DNA from: Vulcanimicrobiota bacterium
Lineage (GTDB): Bacteria; Vulcanimicrobiota; Vulcanimicrobiia; Vulcanimicrobiales; Vulcanimicrobiaceae
Assembly (NCBI GenBank): GCA_963833095.1
Contig: CAWHWQ010000001.1
Coordinates: forward strand, 608,001 to 672,000
Reading direction: 5' to 3'
DNA length: 64,000 bases
The notes under the pieces were generated by a model. It saw only the letters and a list, made by a program, of their open reading frames with translations. It did not search any database and was not told the origin of the DNA. Positions 41,038 through 50,606 of the stretch are shown piece by piece; position 1 is the stretch's first letter, and every line of letters begins with the position of its first letter. The position numbers were made by a program, and so were the translations under genes.

Positions 41038-41932
41038 ATCCTTGAATAAACGCATCCCCGCTCGTGCGATCGCTCCACACCACCCAAATCGTCCCGGTTT
41101 TCGGATCGATGGCGGTGGTGTGCACGCCGGCAGCGATTTTCGAATCGTCGAGGAGCTTCGGCGCGCTGGCGCCATCGAATGAGTAGAGGGTAATACCGCC
41201 GCCTGCGCAGGCCAGCCACTGGCGCGTCGGCTCCCAACTGCATTGATCGACCTGCTCGGGAAGATTTACTTGGTGGAGCAGCTTGCCCGCGCGATCGTAT
41301 ACCCCTAGCACGTTGTTTTCACCACCGGCGATCAGCACGTGGTGATCGGCGTCATACTGCAGTGGGTGGTTATTCTTGAGCTGGGGCGTCGGAATGAGCC
41401 GCTTGACTTTGAGCGTCTTGGGATCGATCACTGCGATCTCATTGTCGGTCGCGATATTTTGATAGACGTCGTGCGTTTGCGGATCAACCTGGATGTATTC
41501 CGGCTTGTGACCCGGGAGCTGGACGACGGCAATCTGTTTGAAGCTTTTGGTATCGATCACGAAGATCCGATTTCCGTCATCTTCATCGGCATAGATGCGC
41601 CCCAGATCCGGATCATAGGCAATCGCATCGACCGTTCCGTCGACGATCGCGGTACGAAGAATCTGCTGCGATTCGGGATCAACCTCGCTTACGCTGCGCG
41701 AGTCGCCGTTTCCGGTAAAGACGTGACCGGTCGCTGCGTCCAGGGCGAGCCCGTGCATCGGACCAACCGGAACGATGCCGATCACGTTCCCCGTATCGGC
41801 ATCGGCAATCAGCAGGCCGCCGCCGCCGGCATGCGCCGCGTAGACGCGGCCGCGTTGTGAATCGACGGTAACATAGTCGAATCCGCCGCCTGGATCGACC
41901 GGAACGGGCTGGGTGACGGCAACGATGGGCAC
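41024..41932 (-). CDS. YncE-family beta-propeller protein
   Basis: GGFDYVTVD, repeated IAVIDP / AYDP blades. Confidence 0.85.
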   Translation of the reverse strand: MPIVAVTQPVPVDPGGGFDYVTVDSQRGRVYAAHAGGGGLLIADADTGNVIGIVPVGPMHGLALDAATGHVFTGNGDSRSVSEVDPESQQILRTAIVDGTVDAIAYDPDLGRIYADEDDGNRIFVIDTKSFKQIAVVQLPGHKPEYIQVDPQTHDVYQNIATDNEIAVIDPKTLKVKRLIPTPQLKNNHPLQYDADHHVLIAGGENNVLGVYDRAGKLLHQVNLPEQVDQCSWEPTRQWLACAGGGITLYSFDGASAPKLLDDSKIAAGVHTTAIDPKTGTIWVVWSDRTSGDAFIQGFTYR

Positions 41933-41935
41933 GCT

Positions 41936-42199
41936 TTATTCCTTTCTCTCGAGGTCTTGATCGTGAAACGTCCCGCGCTTGGCGGAACGGTCGAGCTCCA
42001 GGTCTTCCAAATAGTAATAAACGATCTTGCGGTCGTCAAAACCGACCTTCGCCAGGGATCTGCCATCGATCTCAACCACCTCATGAATGTGCCCTTCGCG
42101 CCCGGCATAGCGGTAGTTCACATCGGAGTAGCCGGGGTCGCCCGCCTTGGGGTGGGGAATTGCCTTGACGCCGCGCAGCGGGGTGTTATGGCGATGCAT
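41936..42199 (-). CDS. Small hypothetical protein
   Basis: 87 aa, charged and beta-rich; its end supplies the AAGGA RBS of the next gene. Confidence 0.65.
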   Translation of the reverse strand: MHRHNTPLRGVKAIPHPKAGDPGYSDVNYRYAGREGHIHEVVEIDGRSLAKVGFDDRKIVYYYLEDLELDRSAKRGTFHDQDLERKE

Positions 42200-42217
42200 A
42201 GCGTACTACTTCGCCCC

Positions 42218-42739
42218 ATGATCATCACGTACCGTGGTAAGACCCCCAAAATCCATCCGACGGCGTTCATCGCGCCGACCGCCGTCCTCATTGGCGACGT
42301 TGAAGTGGGAGAGCAATCGAGCATTTGGTTCGGCACGGTGCTGCGCGGCGATAACGGTCCGATCCGCGTCGGAGCTCGGACCTCGGTTCAAGACAACGCC
42401 GTTCTCCATGTCACGACCCTCACACAGATCGACGATGACGTGACCATCGGACATTGTGCCGTGATGGAAGACTGTCACGTCAAATCGCATGCATTGATCG
42501 GCAGCAACGCAGTCCTGCTCAATGGCTGTGTGATCGGCGAGGGCGCGCTCGTCGCCGCCGGCAGCGTCGTGGGAGAGCGCGTCGAGATTCCCGATCGCGT
42601 GCTGGCAGCCGGCGTTCCGGCGAAGGTCAAGAAAGCGATCGAAGGCGAGGCGCAGCATTGGATTGAGATCGCCGCCGAAGAGTACGTTCATCTGTCGCGA
42701 GCCTATATGGCCGAGGGTATCGATGCCCAGCGCACGTGA
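42218..42739 (+). CDS. Gamma carbonic anhydrase family protein
   Basis: IHPTAFIAP, LRGD, QDNAVLH, TIGH hexapeptide repeats. Confidence 0.92.
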   Translation: MIITYRGKTPKIHPTAFIAPTAVLIGDVEVGEQSSIWFGTVLRGDNGPIRVGARTSVQDNAVLHVTTLTQIDDDVTIGHCAVMEDCHVKSHALIGSNAVLLNGCVIGEGALVAAGSVVGERVEIPDRVLAAGVPAKVKKAIEGEAQHWIEIAAEEYVHLSRAYMAEGIDAQRT

Positions 42740-43190
42740 GGTCATCAAGCACTTCATCGAGAGCGAGGGGCACCGTGTCGATGCCGCGCCGGTCGACCCG
42801 GAAACAGGAGTGAGTGAGCTGCTCTTTCGCACCCGCGGACAGGTGTTTTCCGTGACGACGAGCGAGCATGACGAAAACATCCTCAGCATTTCGACAGCCT
42901 ATGAGATTCCGGATTGGGCGCGCGAGGCCAACCAAAATACGGAAACGCTCGATCGCGTGCATAAGGAACACCCCACGGTTGTTTTCACACTCGCGCACGA
43001 CGGCGGTTTGTTCGTCGCGACGCTCGACGAACGGGCCACGTCCTCTCAAGAGTTGATGAATACGTTCTGGGCGCTGGTCGCTCGCTTACGCGACGCGGGC
43101 GCGGAGGCGATCGAGGACATCGTCGACCGCACTGAAAGCAAAGTAGCGGCGGAGAAGTTTATCAACTCCCTCATGACGGACTTTCAGTGA
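42723..43190 (+). CDS. Hypothetical protein, YbjN/T3S-chaperone-like
   Basis: Acidic, about 155 aa, alpha/beta pattern; overlaps both neighbours. Confidence 0.6.
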   Translation: MPSAREVIKHFIESEGHRVDAAPVDPETGVSELLFRTRGQVFSVTTSEHDENILSISTAYEIPDWAREANQNTETLDRVHKEHPTVVFTLAHDGGLFVATLDERATSSQELMNTFWALVARLRDAGAEAIEDIVDRTESKVAAEKFINSLMTDFQ

Positions 43191-43597
43191 CCGATCCGCT
43201 TCGGCCGATCGAAGTCGCGCTTGGCGACGAGGGACTATTTTTTACTCGCGACGATGATGAAGATGCCTACCGCGTCGCCTTCAAGAGCGAGGGCGACCGC
43301 TACTTCGTCGTCTCCTATCGGGATGATCCGACCTTCGTAATGATCGGTTCGGGGTGGGCTCTCCCAGGCGGAGTCGATCCGGTTGAGGCCGTCGACGTCG
43401 CCAACCGCTTGAACGTGCGCAAGAAATTCGTCAAAACGGCGCTGTGGCAAGAGGAGAGCGACGTGCTCTTCACCGTCGAACTGTGCGTCGGAAACGCGAA
43501 CGAGATTCGGCCACACTTCGGCCGCCTGCTCAACGTTTTACGCGACACCGCCGCGGAATTTTTCGAACAACTCCGCCCCGAAACACCGGAACCCTAA
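43187..43597 (+). CDS. YbjN domain protein
   Basis: Acidic; ANRLN..KKFVK motif. Confidence 0.7.
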   Translation: MTDPLRPIEVALGDEGLFFTRDDDEDAYRVAFKSEGDRYFVVSYRDDPTFVMIGSGWALPGGVDPVEAVDVANRLNVRKKFVKTALWQEESDVLFTVELCVGNANEIRPHFGRLLNVLRDTAAEFFEQLRPETPEP

Positions 43598-43600
43598 CGC

Positions 43601-44971
43601 CTACGGCTGCGGGAAGTGAGATTCGTCCGCGTAGGGGACGAACAACGTGTACTCTTTTTGGAAGCGCAAGCGCACGGTGCCGGTGGGGCCGTTGCGGTGT
43701 TTGGCGATGATAAACTCGGTCACGTCGGGCTCGGGCCCCTCGGGATTGTAGTATCCGTCCCGGAAGAGGAAGGCCACCAGGTCCGACTCTTGTTCGAGGG
43801 ATCCTGAATCGCGCAGGTCGGCGAGCATCGGGCGCTTGTCGTTACGCGTTTCCACGCCGCGGTTGAGCTGCGCGAGCGCGATAATCGGCACACCGAGGTC
43901 TTTGGCCGTCACCTTCATCGTCCGGCAAATCTCCGAAAGTTCTTCGTTGCGATTCATGTTCTTCTGCATCACGCCCGGTCGCAAAAGCTGCAAGTAGTCG
44001 ATGAAGACAGCACCGAGCCCGGTGGTTGATTTGAGGCGCCGGCAGCGGCTCCGCACTTCGCTTATCGAAAGGCCGCCGGTGTCGTCGAGATAGATCGGCA
44101 ATTCGTTGAGACTACCCATCGCGCGAGAGATCTCTTCCCATTGGTGCGATTTGATGTTGCCGCGCCGCAGGTCGTGCATCGAAAGCTGCGCCTCGGCGCA
44201 GATCAAGCGCTGGATCAGTTCGTTATTCGACATTTCCAGCGAAAAGAACGCGATCGGCTCCTTTGCCTCACGCGCTGCCGCCACGGCCATATTGAGCGCG
44301 AACGAGGTCTTGCCCATGCCCGGGCGCGCCGCAACGATCACGAAGTTGCCGGGTTGAAAACCCGTCGTCATGTTGTCGATGTCACGAAAGCCCGAAGTCA
44401 CACCCGTGCGATCGCCGCGCGCGTGGAACAGACGATCGATGTGCTCGAAAGCATCTTTCATCAGGCTGTTGACGGCGACGAAGTCGCCGTGCATTGAGCG
44501 CTCGCCGATCGAGTAGACCATCTGCTCGGACTGATCCAGCGCGGCGTCGACATCTTCTTCGGCGTCATAGCCGAGCTGCGTGATCTGCGTGCCGGCATGG
44601 ATGAGTGAACGTAGCGTCGCCTTCTCGCGAACGATCTTGGCATAGTAGGTCGCCGAGGCCGCGGTCTGCACTGTGTCCATCAACGAGCTCAAATATGAGA
44701 GGCCGCCGACTTTCTCGAGCTGGTCGCGGTTGCGCAGAGCTTCGGCCACCGCGATCTTGTCGAGCGGTTCTCCGCGATAAAACAAGTCGTAGAGCACGGC
44801 GAAAATCGTCTCGTGCACATGCGCGTAAAAATCCGCCGCGCGCACGATCTCGCCCACGGCGCTCATGATCTCGCGATCGACGAGCACCGAGCCGAGTAAC
44901 GCCATTTCGGCTTCGAGGTTATGCGGCGGGATGCGGTCGATGGAACCGCTATGCAAATGCGAAATGCTCAT
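43601..44971 (-). CDS. dnaB: Replicative DNA helicase
   Basis: PPHNLEAE, AARPGMGKT, FSLEM, IDYLQL, DLRDSGSLEQ, KHRNGPTG; no intein. Confidence 0.97.
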   Translation of the reverse strand: MSISHLHSGSIDRIPPHNLEAEMALLGSVLVDREIMSAVGEIVRAADFYAHVHETIFAVLYDLFYRGEPLDKIAVAEALRNRDQLEKVGGLSYLSSLMDTVQTAASATYYAKIVREKATLRSLIHAGTQITQLGYDAEEDVDAALDQSEQMVYSIGERSMHGDFVAVNSLMKDAFEHIDRLFHARGDRTGVTSGFRDIDNMTTGFQPGNFVIVAARPGMGKTSFALNMAVAAAREAKEPIAFFSLEMSNNELIQRLICAEAQLSMHDLRRGNIKSHQWEEISRAMGSLNELPIYLDDTGGLSISEVRSRCRRLKSTTGLGAVFIDYLQLLRPGVMQKNMNRNEELSEICRTMKVTAKDLGVPIIALAQLNRGVETRNDKRPMLADLRDSGSLEQESDLVAFLFRDGYYNPEGPEPDVTEFIIAKHRNGPTGTVRLRFQKEYTLFVPYADESHFPQP

Positions 44972-44981
44972 CCCGTGATTC

Positions 44982-46955
44982 TCACGCCCGAGTCTTGCGA
45001 CGCGTGCTCTGTGAGCGACCTTGCGAACGACGGGTGGATAACTTGTGGACGCGCAATTCGCGCAGGGCTTGATCGACCGTCGCGACCGGCGCAACCTGGA
45101 CGCCGGAGAGCGTGACGTCGACCTCGCGAGCATTCTCCTTAGGAAGGAGCATGGCGCGCATACCTGCCTGGCGCGCGGCATAGAGTTTTTCGACCACGCC
45201 TCCTACTGCGCGGATCTTGCCTTGAATCGAGAGCTCTCCGGTAATTGCAACGTCCTGCGGCAGCGGGGTCTTCGTCGTGGCCGAGTAGAGCGCGAGGAAG
45301 ATCGCAAGCCCGGCCGACGGCCCATCGATGTTGCCGCCGCCGACGATGTTGATGTGCAGGTCGAAATCCGAGACGTCGATGCCGGTTTGCGCGCGCAACA
45401 CGCTGGTCGCGTTGAAGACCGAATCCTTGGCCATCGACCCGGCTGTATCGTTGAAACGAATCGTGCCCTTGCCCGTTTGCGCGGCCGGAAATGCGACCGC
45501 TTCGATCTCGATGATGCTGCCGAGATAGTTGTGAACACCTAGGCCAAACGTCTTGCCGATCTCGCGCGACGCCCGCGCACGCACCAGCGTGTGCGGCACG
45601 AGCCGGCTGGTTTGCACCACCACGCGCACGTCGTCTTCGGTGAGCGTCACCGGTGCGTTGCTCTTTTTGGGATCGACCCGGTAGAGCGCCTGACTGTAAG
45701 CGTCGGCAACAATTTGCACCGCTTTGCGGCCCTCGATCGTGTACGAGGCAATGAGCTGCGGAACGCCGCGCGCTGCTTTCGCGCCAAGGCGTTTTATCGC
45801 GCCCTGCACAATCGACACGACTTGATGTTGCGTGAGTGGCGCGAAGAAAATCTCCGACGCGCGCGAGCGAATCGCCGGATCGATCTCTTCGGGGTCGCGC
45901 GTCGTCGCGCCGATCAACACAAAATCCGCCGGCGCTCCTTCTTTGAACAGGCGCTTGATGTACGCCGGCACGTTGGTCGCGTTCTCGTCGTAGTACGACG
46001 ACTCAAAGGTCACGCGTTTGTCTTCGAGGACTTTGAGCAACCGTGTTTGCAAGAGCGGATCCAGCTCGCCGATCTCATCGATGAAAAGGACGCCGCCGTG
46101 CGCCCGCGTCACAAGGCCAAGTTTGGGCTCGGGGACGCCGCCTTCGGCGAACTCGCGCCGGCTGCCCTGATAGATCGGATCGTGGACGCTACCCAGCAGC
46201 GGATTGGTCGTTTCGCGCGGATCCCAGCGTAACGTCGTGCCGCTTGTCTCGACGAACGGCGCGTCTTTTGCAAACGGGGTATAGGCGCGCGACTTTGCCA
46301 GCTCGAGCACCAGGCGCGCGGCGGTCGTCTTTCCGACGCCGGGTGGACCGTAGAGGATCACGTGCGCCGGATAGGGCGAGCTGATCTTGGCCACCAGCGC
46401 TTTGATCGCACTCTCTTGACCGACGATCTCGGCCAGCCGCTGCGGGCGCAGTTGCTGTAACGCCGACGCTGCAAGGCTTCGTTGCGAGAGCGCTTCGAGT
46501 TCCTCGAGTTTGGCTTGAGTTGCCGGCGTTTCGGGACCCGAATCGTCGCGCAGCGCTTCCAGCTTGAGATCCTTGAGATACTCCTGGTGGCGCGCGTTCA
46601 TCTTCTCCGAGACTTTTTTGTCGATCGCGTCACCCACGCTCTTGTGGGCGAGCAGATCGGCCATCGCCTCTTCGATTTCCGCGATCGTCTTGCGCTGCTG
46701 CGCCCGCGTCGTCGCACGCTCGAGCGTCGGATCCTCGAAGACCAAACGCGCAAGCGCGCACAAGCGATCCGGGAGGCTTTGCGAGCGCATCATCTTGAGC
46801 GCGCTCACTTTTCCGGCGCGCAGCACGAGCTTCTCTTGCCCGATGGCTCCCGCCAGCATTTCGTAGAGCGCCGAAACGTAACGGTTCAGCTCATCTTCGA
46901 CGCCGTACTTCCGTCGCAGGCGCGAAGCATATTCACCGTTCGTCACGGCGGCCAT
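44982..46955 (-). CDS. lonC: Lon family ATP-dependent protease, LonC type
   Basis: GPPGVGKT, LFIDEIGE, IDGPSAG (Ser) and VVEK (Lys) dyad. Confidence 0.9.
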   Translation of the reverse strand: MAAVTNGEYASRLRRKYGVEDELNRYVSALYEMLAGAIGQEKLVLRAGKVSALKMMRSQSLPDRLCALARLVFEDPTLERATTRAQQRKTIAEIEEAMADLLAHKSVGDAIDKKVSEKMNARHQEYLKDLKLEALRDDSGPETPATQAKLEELEALSQRSLAASALQQLRPQRLAEIVGQESAIKALVAKISSPYPAHVILYGPPGVGKTTAARLVLELAKSRAYTPFAKDAPFVETSGTTLRWDPRETTNPLLGSVHDPIYQGSRREFAEGGVPEPKLGLVTRAHGGVLFIDEIGELDPLLQTRLLKVLEDKRVTFESSYYDENATNVPAYIKRLFKEGAPADFVLIGATTRDPEEIDPAIRSRASEIFFAPLTQHQVVSIVQGAIKRLGAKAARGVPQLIASYTIEGRKAVQIVADAYSQALYRVDPKKSNAPVTLTEDDVRVVVQTSRLVPHTLVRARASREIGKTFGLGVHNYLGSIIEIEAVAFPAAQTGKGTIRFNDTAGSMAKDSVFNATSVLRAQTGIDVSDFDLHINIVGGGNIDGPSAGLAIFLALYSATTKTPLPQDVAITGELSIQGKIRAVGGVVEKLYAARQAGMRAMLLPKENAREVDVTLSGVQVAPVATVDQALRELRVHKLSTRRSQGRSQSTRRKTRA

Positions 46956-46966
46956 GGTAGAACATC

Positions 46967-47411
46967 CTACGCCGAGACGACGTTAATCGTCGCCTTGGCA
47001 ACGACATTGCGATGGAGCTTGATCTCCACGGGAAGGAGCCAAGCGCCTTGATTTGGCTCTTGATTTCGATCTTGTGCTTATCGACGTCGACCGCAAGCGT
47101 CGTCGAGATCGCGCTGGCAACGTCGGCATTGGTAACCGCGCCGAACAATTTGCCGTTGCCGCCCGCTTTGGCTTTAACAGCGAGCTGCGTGCTCTCGATC
47201 TTGCTCGCGAGCTCTTGGCTTCGGCGAGCGTTTGCGCTTCGCGCTTCTCTTGGGCGCGCTTTTGATCGGCGTGGATGGCGAGTGCGCCTTTGTTCGCTTC
47301 GGAAACGAGATTACGCGGCAGCAAGAAGTTGCGCGCGTATCCCTCGGCGACATCGACGACATCACCCTTCTTCCCGAGCGCTTTAACGTCGCTCAGAAGA
47401 ATGACTTTCAT
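46967..47411 (-). CDS. rplI: 50S ribosomal protein L9, two single-base frameshifts
   Basis: MKVILL..V..LGKKG...GYARNFL; next frame GKLFGAVT; third frame VEIKLHRNV. Adding 2 nt gives 148 aa. Confidence 0.92.
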
Positions 47412-47426
47412 GGTTAAACCCCGTGG

Positions 47427-47678
47427 TTATTCGGAAACGTAAGGAAGAAATGCGATAACGCGCGCGCGTTTGACCGCGGTCGTGAGCAAACGCTGATGTT
47501 TGGCGCAATTGCCCGAGATGCGTCGCGGAACGATCTTACCGCGTTCCGACACATACTTCTTGAGGCGGTTGACATCGCGATAGCTGATGTCGAGCGCCTT
47601 GTCGGCGCAGAAATTACACGATTTGCGCTTGGGACGGCGATCTTTCACCGCGCGCTTCGTCTTGAGCTTGGTGGCCAC
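47427..47678 (-). CDS. rpsR: 30S ribosomal protein S18 (Cys-containing, Zn-type)
   Basis: [27 protein letters not shown]. Confidence 0.97.
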   Translation of the reverse strand: MATKLKTKRAVKDRRPKRKSCNFCADKALDISYRDVNRLKKYVSERGKIVPRRISGNCAKHQRLLTTAVKRARVIAFLPYVSE

Positions 47679-47792
47679 TACAGTTGTCCTTTCGACTAGG
47701 TGGTTGAAACGCGCCCGAAGGGCGGCGTTCTAGCCAAGTGACCCGGCAGATCCGGGTCACTACCGGTCGCGACGGGCGGGACCGGACGGCTG

Positions 47793-47820
47793 ATCTTACC
47801 ATGCCGGCCCCGCGCGTCAA
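47793..47820 (-). promoter_or_regulatory. Putative sigma70 promoter for rpsR-rplI-lonC-dnaB
   Basis: TTGACG-N16-TAAGAT with an extended -10 TG on the minus strand. Confidence 0.6.
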
Positions 47821-47837
47821 AGCGCCTTTTTCGGATA

Positions 47838-47851
47838 CGAACGTACGTTCG
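47838..47851. promoter_or_regulatory. Candidate LexA (Cheo-type) SOS box
   Basis: Perfect palindrome CGAAC-GTAC-GTTCG matches CGAAC-RNRY-GTTCG. Confidence 0.5.
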
Positions 47852-47872
47852 CTGTGGCCTGTAGCGCTCCTT

Positions 47873-49096
47873 TTACTTGCTCACGCCAAGCTCGATCCCG
47901 AAGCGGTTCTGCGACGTGCTGGTACCGGCCGGTCCGAAGAGCGCCCCTCCGATACCGTTACGAACCACGACGTTGGACCACTCGACCCGGACGATGCCGT
48001 TGCCGGCGAATTTAAGGGTCGGCGTCAAGGTAAAGGTCGTCGCGTTGCTCCCGGGCCCGTAGAGCAGGAATGCGTTAGGGCTCGTTGCGTTTGTCGCGGC
48101 CTCGTTTTCCGCGTATTCTCCGCGAAAACCCACCGACCAGGCGCTCGAGAACGAGTACGACCCGAGCAGCGAGACCGCGTAGTCCGACTCCCCAGACGTG
48201 TAGCCGAGAGGCGCCGAAACCGGCGACGACACGAACAACACGTAGGGCGAGAATTGCCAACGCCCCGCCGTGTGGGTGTAGTACAGATTGTATTCCGACT
48301 GGTTGGCGATGAACGACGTCGCATTACCCGGGACATTTGCGCCGGGGTTCATCCCAACGAACGTCCATGACGTCGTGCTCGACGGGGCCCACGAAACTTC
48401 ATATTCGATCGTGCGTAACCCGCCGCTGTAGAACCCGTCGTTGTCTTCCACGGCAACCGTCCACGGGCCGTTCGTGTAGCCCACGTGCACGCCGCGGCTT
48501 ACCACCGGTTCGAGCGCCCAGCCGAGGCCGCGCTGGATGTTGACGTTCTGATACGTGAACGCCCCTTCCGTGCCGAGCAGCGTGCCTATTTGCCCTCCGT
48601 AAATGGTCACGTGCTGATCGGGTGACGTGTAGGTGGCTTGGTAGATCGGAACGAGCCCAAAACAACTCGTGTTTGCGCACGTTGCATTGTTGGTCAACGA
48701 TTTGTAGTTATTGAAGGTTGAATTGATCGCGGTTCCGACCGTCGGGAAGTTGTAGCCACCGACGGTTGCGTTGGCCTTGAAATATCCCGAGGTGACGCTG
48801 CCGTTGACCAGCATGTCGCTCAAGTCAGCCCGTGTCTGCTGATCTGCGCCGGTTGGCGTGTCGAGTGCGCCGACCGCGTTGACGTTGTTGGTGGAAAGAC
48901 CGAAGACCATCAGCGCGCCCCCGATCGTCCCCGACGCGAATGGCGTCGCGGTGGGCGTCGGCGTCGGCGCAGGAGAAGCGCTTGCCGCGGCGCTTGAGGT
49001 GGCAGGCGGCGTCTGCTGAGCAGACGCCGCCTTCTCTCCACCTACCATGATCGCTACGGCTGCTACCGCGGCGAGTGCTATGCTTACGACCCTCAT
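47873..49096 (-). CDS. Outer-membrane beta-barrel porin
   Basis: Signal peptide, Pro/Thr linker, alternating beta strands, terminal FGIELGV; ATGA overlap with amt. Confidence 0.8.
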   Translation of the reverse strand: MRVVSIALAAVAAVAIMVGGEKAASAQQTPPATSSAAASASPAPTPTPTATPFASGTIGGALMVFGLSTNNVNAVGALDTPTGADQQTRADLSDMLVNGSVTSGYFKANATVGGYNFPTVGTAINSTFNNYKSLTNNATCANTSCFGLVPIYQATYTSPDQHVTIYGGQIGTLLGTEGAFTYQNVNIQRGLGWALEPVVSRGVHVGYTNGPWTVAVEDNDGFYSGGLRTIEYEVSWAPSSTTSWTFVGMNPGANVPGNATSFIANQSEYNLYYTHTAGRWQFSPYVLFVSSPVSAPLGYTSGESDYAVSLLGSYSFSSAWSVGFRGEYAENEAATNATSPNAFLLYGPGSNATTFTLTPTLKFAGNGIVRVEWSNVVVRNGIGGALFGPAGTSTSQNRFGIELGVSK

Positions 49097-50484
49097 GCGT
49101 GTGAACCGGCGCCGGATGGCACACCGATCCCCGGAATTGGGTCGACACCGTGGATCGCGAGATCGCCGGCGACCATGATATCTTCCGTGACACGCAACGG
49201 AACGATCAGACTGATCACTTTGAGAATGATAAACGTGCCGATGATGTTAGTCACGATGATGAAGGCCGCTGCTTCGGCTTGGTGGATGAACTGGGTCGGG
49301 CCACCGCCATAAAGCCAGCCCGAAACGCTGACCGTCGCGGCGTTCTTTCCGGCTGCGGCATTGGCCACGTACTCGATCATATTCGGATCGGCAACCAAAC
49401 CCGCCATGAGGCCGCCGACCAAACCCGCAACACCGTGCGTATGCAACACCGAGAACGTGTCGTCGACTTTTTTCATGAACGCGAGCTTACCGATGTAATT
49501 GAGCGTTAACCACGGGATGATCGTCACTAGTCCCACGAAAATTGCGCCGTAACCATTGACGTAACCGGCGCAGGGCGTGATCGCCACCAAGCCGGCGATC
49601 ATGCCGTTGATCATCGAGACTGCGTTGGGTTTGCCGGTGGCGAACATGTCGGCGACCAGCCACACGAGCAACGCCGTTGCGGTTGCGATGTTAGTGTTGA
49701 GCACGGCTGCGCCGGCGTCGGCATTTGCGAAATACGGATCGCCGCCATTGAAGCCGTTCCAGCCGAGCCACAGAATACCGGCGCCGGCAAACGCCATGAT
49801 CAAGTTGTTCGGTTCGAAGTCGCGTTGATCGGCCAGCAAACGCGGACCGACGACCGCTGCAGCCACGAAACCCGAAACACCAGCCGCCAAGTGAATGACG
49901 TAACCGCCGGAGTAGTCAACGGCGCCAAGTTGCGCGAGCCAGCCGCCGCCCCACAGCGCGAAGGCGCCGATCGAATACACGATCACGCTCCACATCGGAA
50001 CGAAGAGCATCCACGCCTTGAAATTCATGCGCCCGAAGACCGATCCCGCGATGAGGATCGGCGTAATCGCGGCGAACACGAATTGGAAATAGATCATCGC
50101 GGCGCCTGGGAAATGCAACTCCGGCATGCCGCTGGCCGCGAGCGGAACAACCGATTGCCCGATCTCGTAGAACGGTCCGAGCGCTGGGCCCGGAATACCG
50201 ATAAACGCCGAGAGAATGCCCGGACCAAGTTTGGCCGGATTGCCGAAGCTCATGTTGTAACTAATGAGCGTCCAGGTCAGCAGAACGATCGAGAACGCGT
50301 AGAAGACCATGACCGCCGAGTTGAGCGCCCACTTCTTCTTGACGAGACCGGCGTATAAAATCGCAAGCCCCGGGATGCTCTGCATACCGACAAACGTTGC
50401 GGCTGTAAGTTGCCACGCGGTGTCGCCGGAGTTCAGCCATTTCGGGGCTTCCAAATACGGATTTACGTCAGCTAATAGAAACAC
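49093..50484 (-). CDS. amt: Ammonium transporter
   Basis: GDTAW, FQFVFAAIT, DYSGGYVIH, LWLGWNGFNGG, DDT...HTHG. Confidence 0.95.
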   Translation of the reverse strand: MFLLADVNPYLEAPKWLNSGDTAWQLTAATFVGMQSIPGLAILYAGLVKKKWALNSAVMVFYAFSIVLLTWTLISYNMSFGNPAKLGPGILSAFIGIPGPALGPFYEIGQSVVPLAASGMPELHFPGAAMIYFQFVFAAITPILIAGSVFGRMNFKAWMLFVPMWSVIVYSIGAFALWGGGWLAQLGAVDYSGGYVIHLAAGVSGFVAAAVVGPRLLADQRDFEPNNLIMAFAGAGILWLGWNGFNGGDPYFANADAGAAVLNTNIATATALLVWLVADMFATGKPNAVSMINGMIAGLVAITPCAGYVNGYGAIFVGLVTIIPWLTLNYIGKLAFMKKVDDTFSVLHTHGVAGLVGGLMAGLVADPNMIEYVANAAAGKNAATVSVSGWLYGGGPTQFIHQAEAAAFIIVTNIIGTFIILKVISLIVPLRVTEDIMVAGDLAIHGVDPIPGIGVPSGAGSHA

Positions 50485-50552
50485 TAGCGAACCCCTTGCG
50501 CAGTGGAGGTGGAGAGATTGTTGTATTTTAGGTGCACAAGAGAGGCTGCGCA

Positions 50553-50599
50553 TTATACAATGCGTTAACGCTAGACCCTGGCGTTAACGCATTGTATAA
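50553..50599. repeat. Perfect 19-bp inverted repeat between glnA and amt
   Basis: TTATACAATGCGTTAACGC-N9-GCGTTAACGCATTGTATAA. Confidence 0.85.
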
Positions 50600-50606
50600 G
50601 AAAGTC

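Noticed and set aside
43601..44971. Intein in DnaB
   Set aside because: Normal length with contiguous motifs.
44982..46955. lonC between rplI and dnaB as a novelty
   Set aside because: I recall this gene order from Clostridia-like genomes, so it is not new.
46967..47411. Programmed frameshifting or true pseudogenisation of rplI
   Set aside because: No slippery heptamer, both defects are fixed by one added base in short runs, and similar indels occur in unrelated genes.
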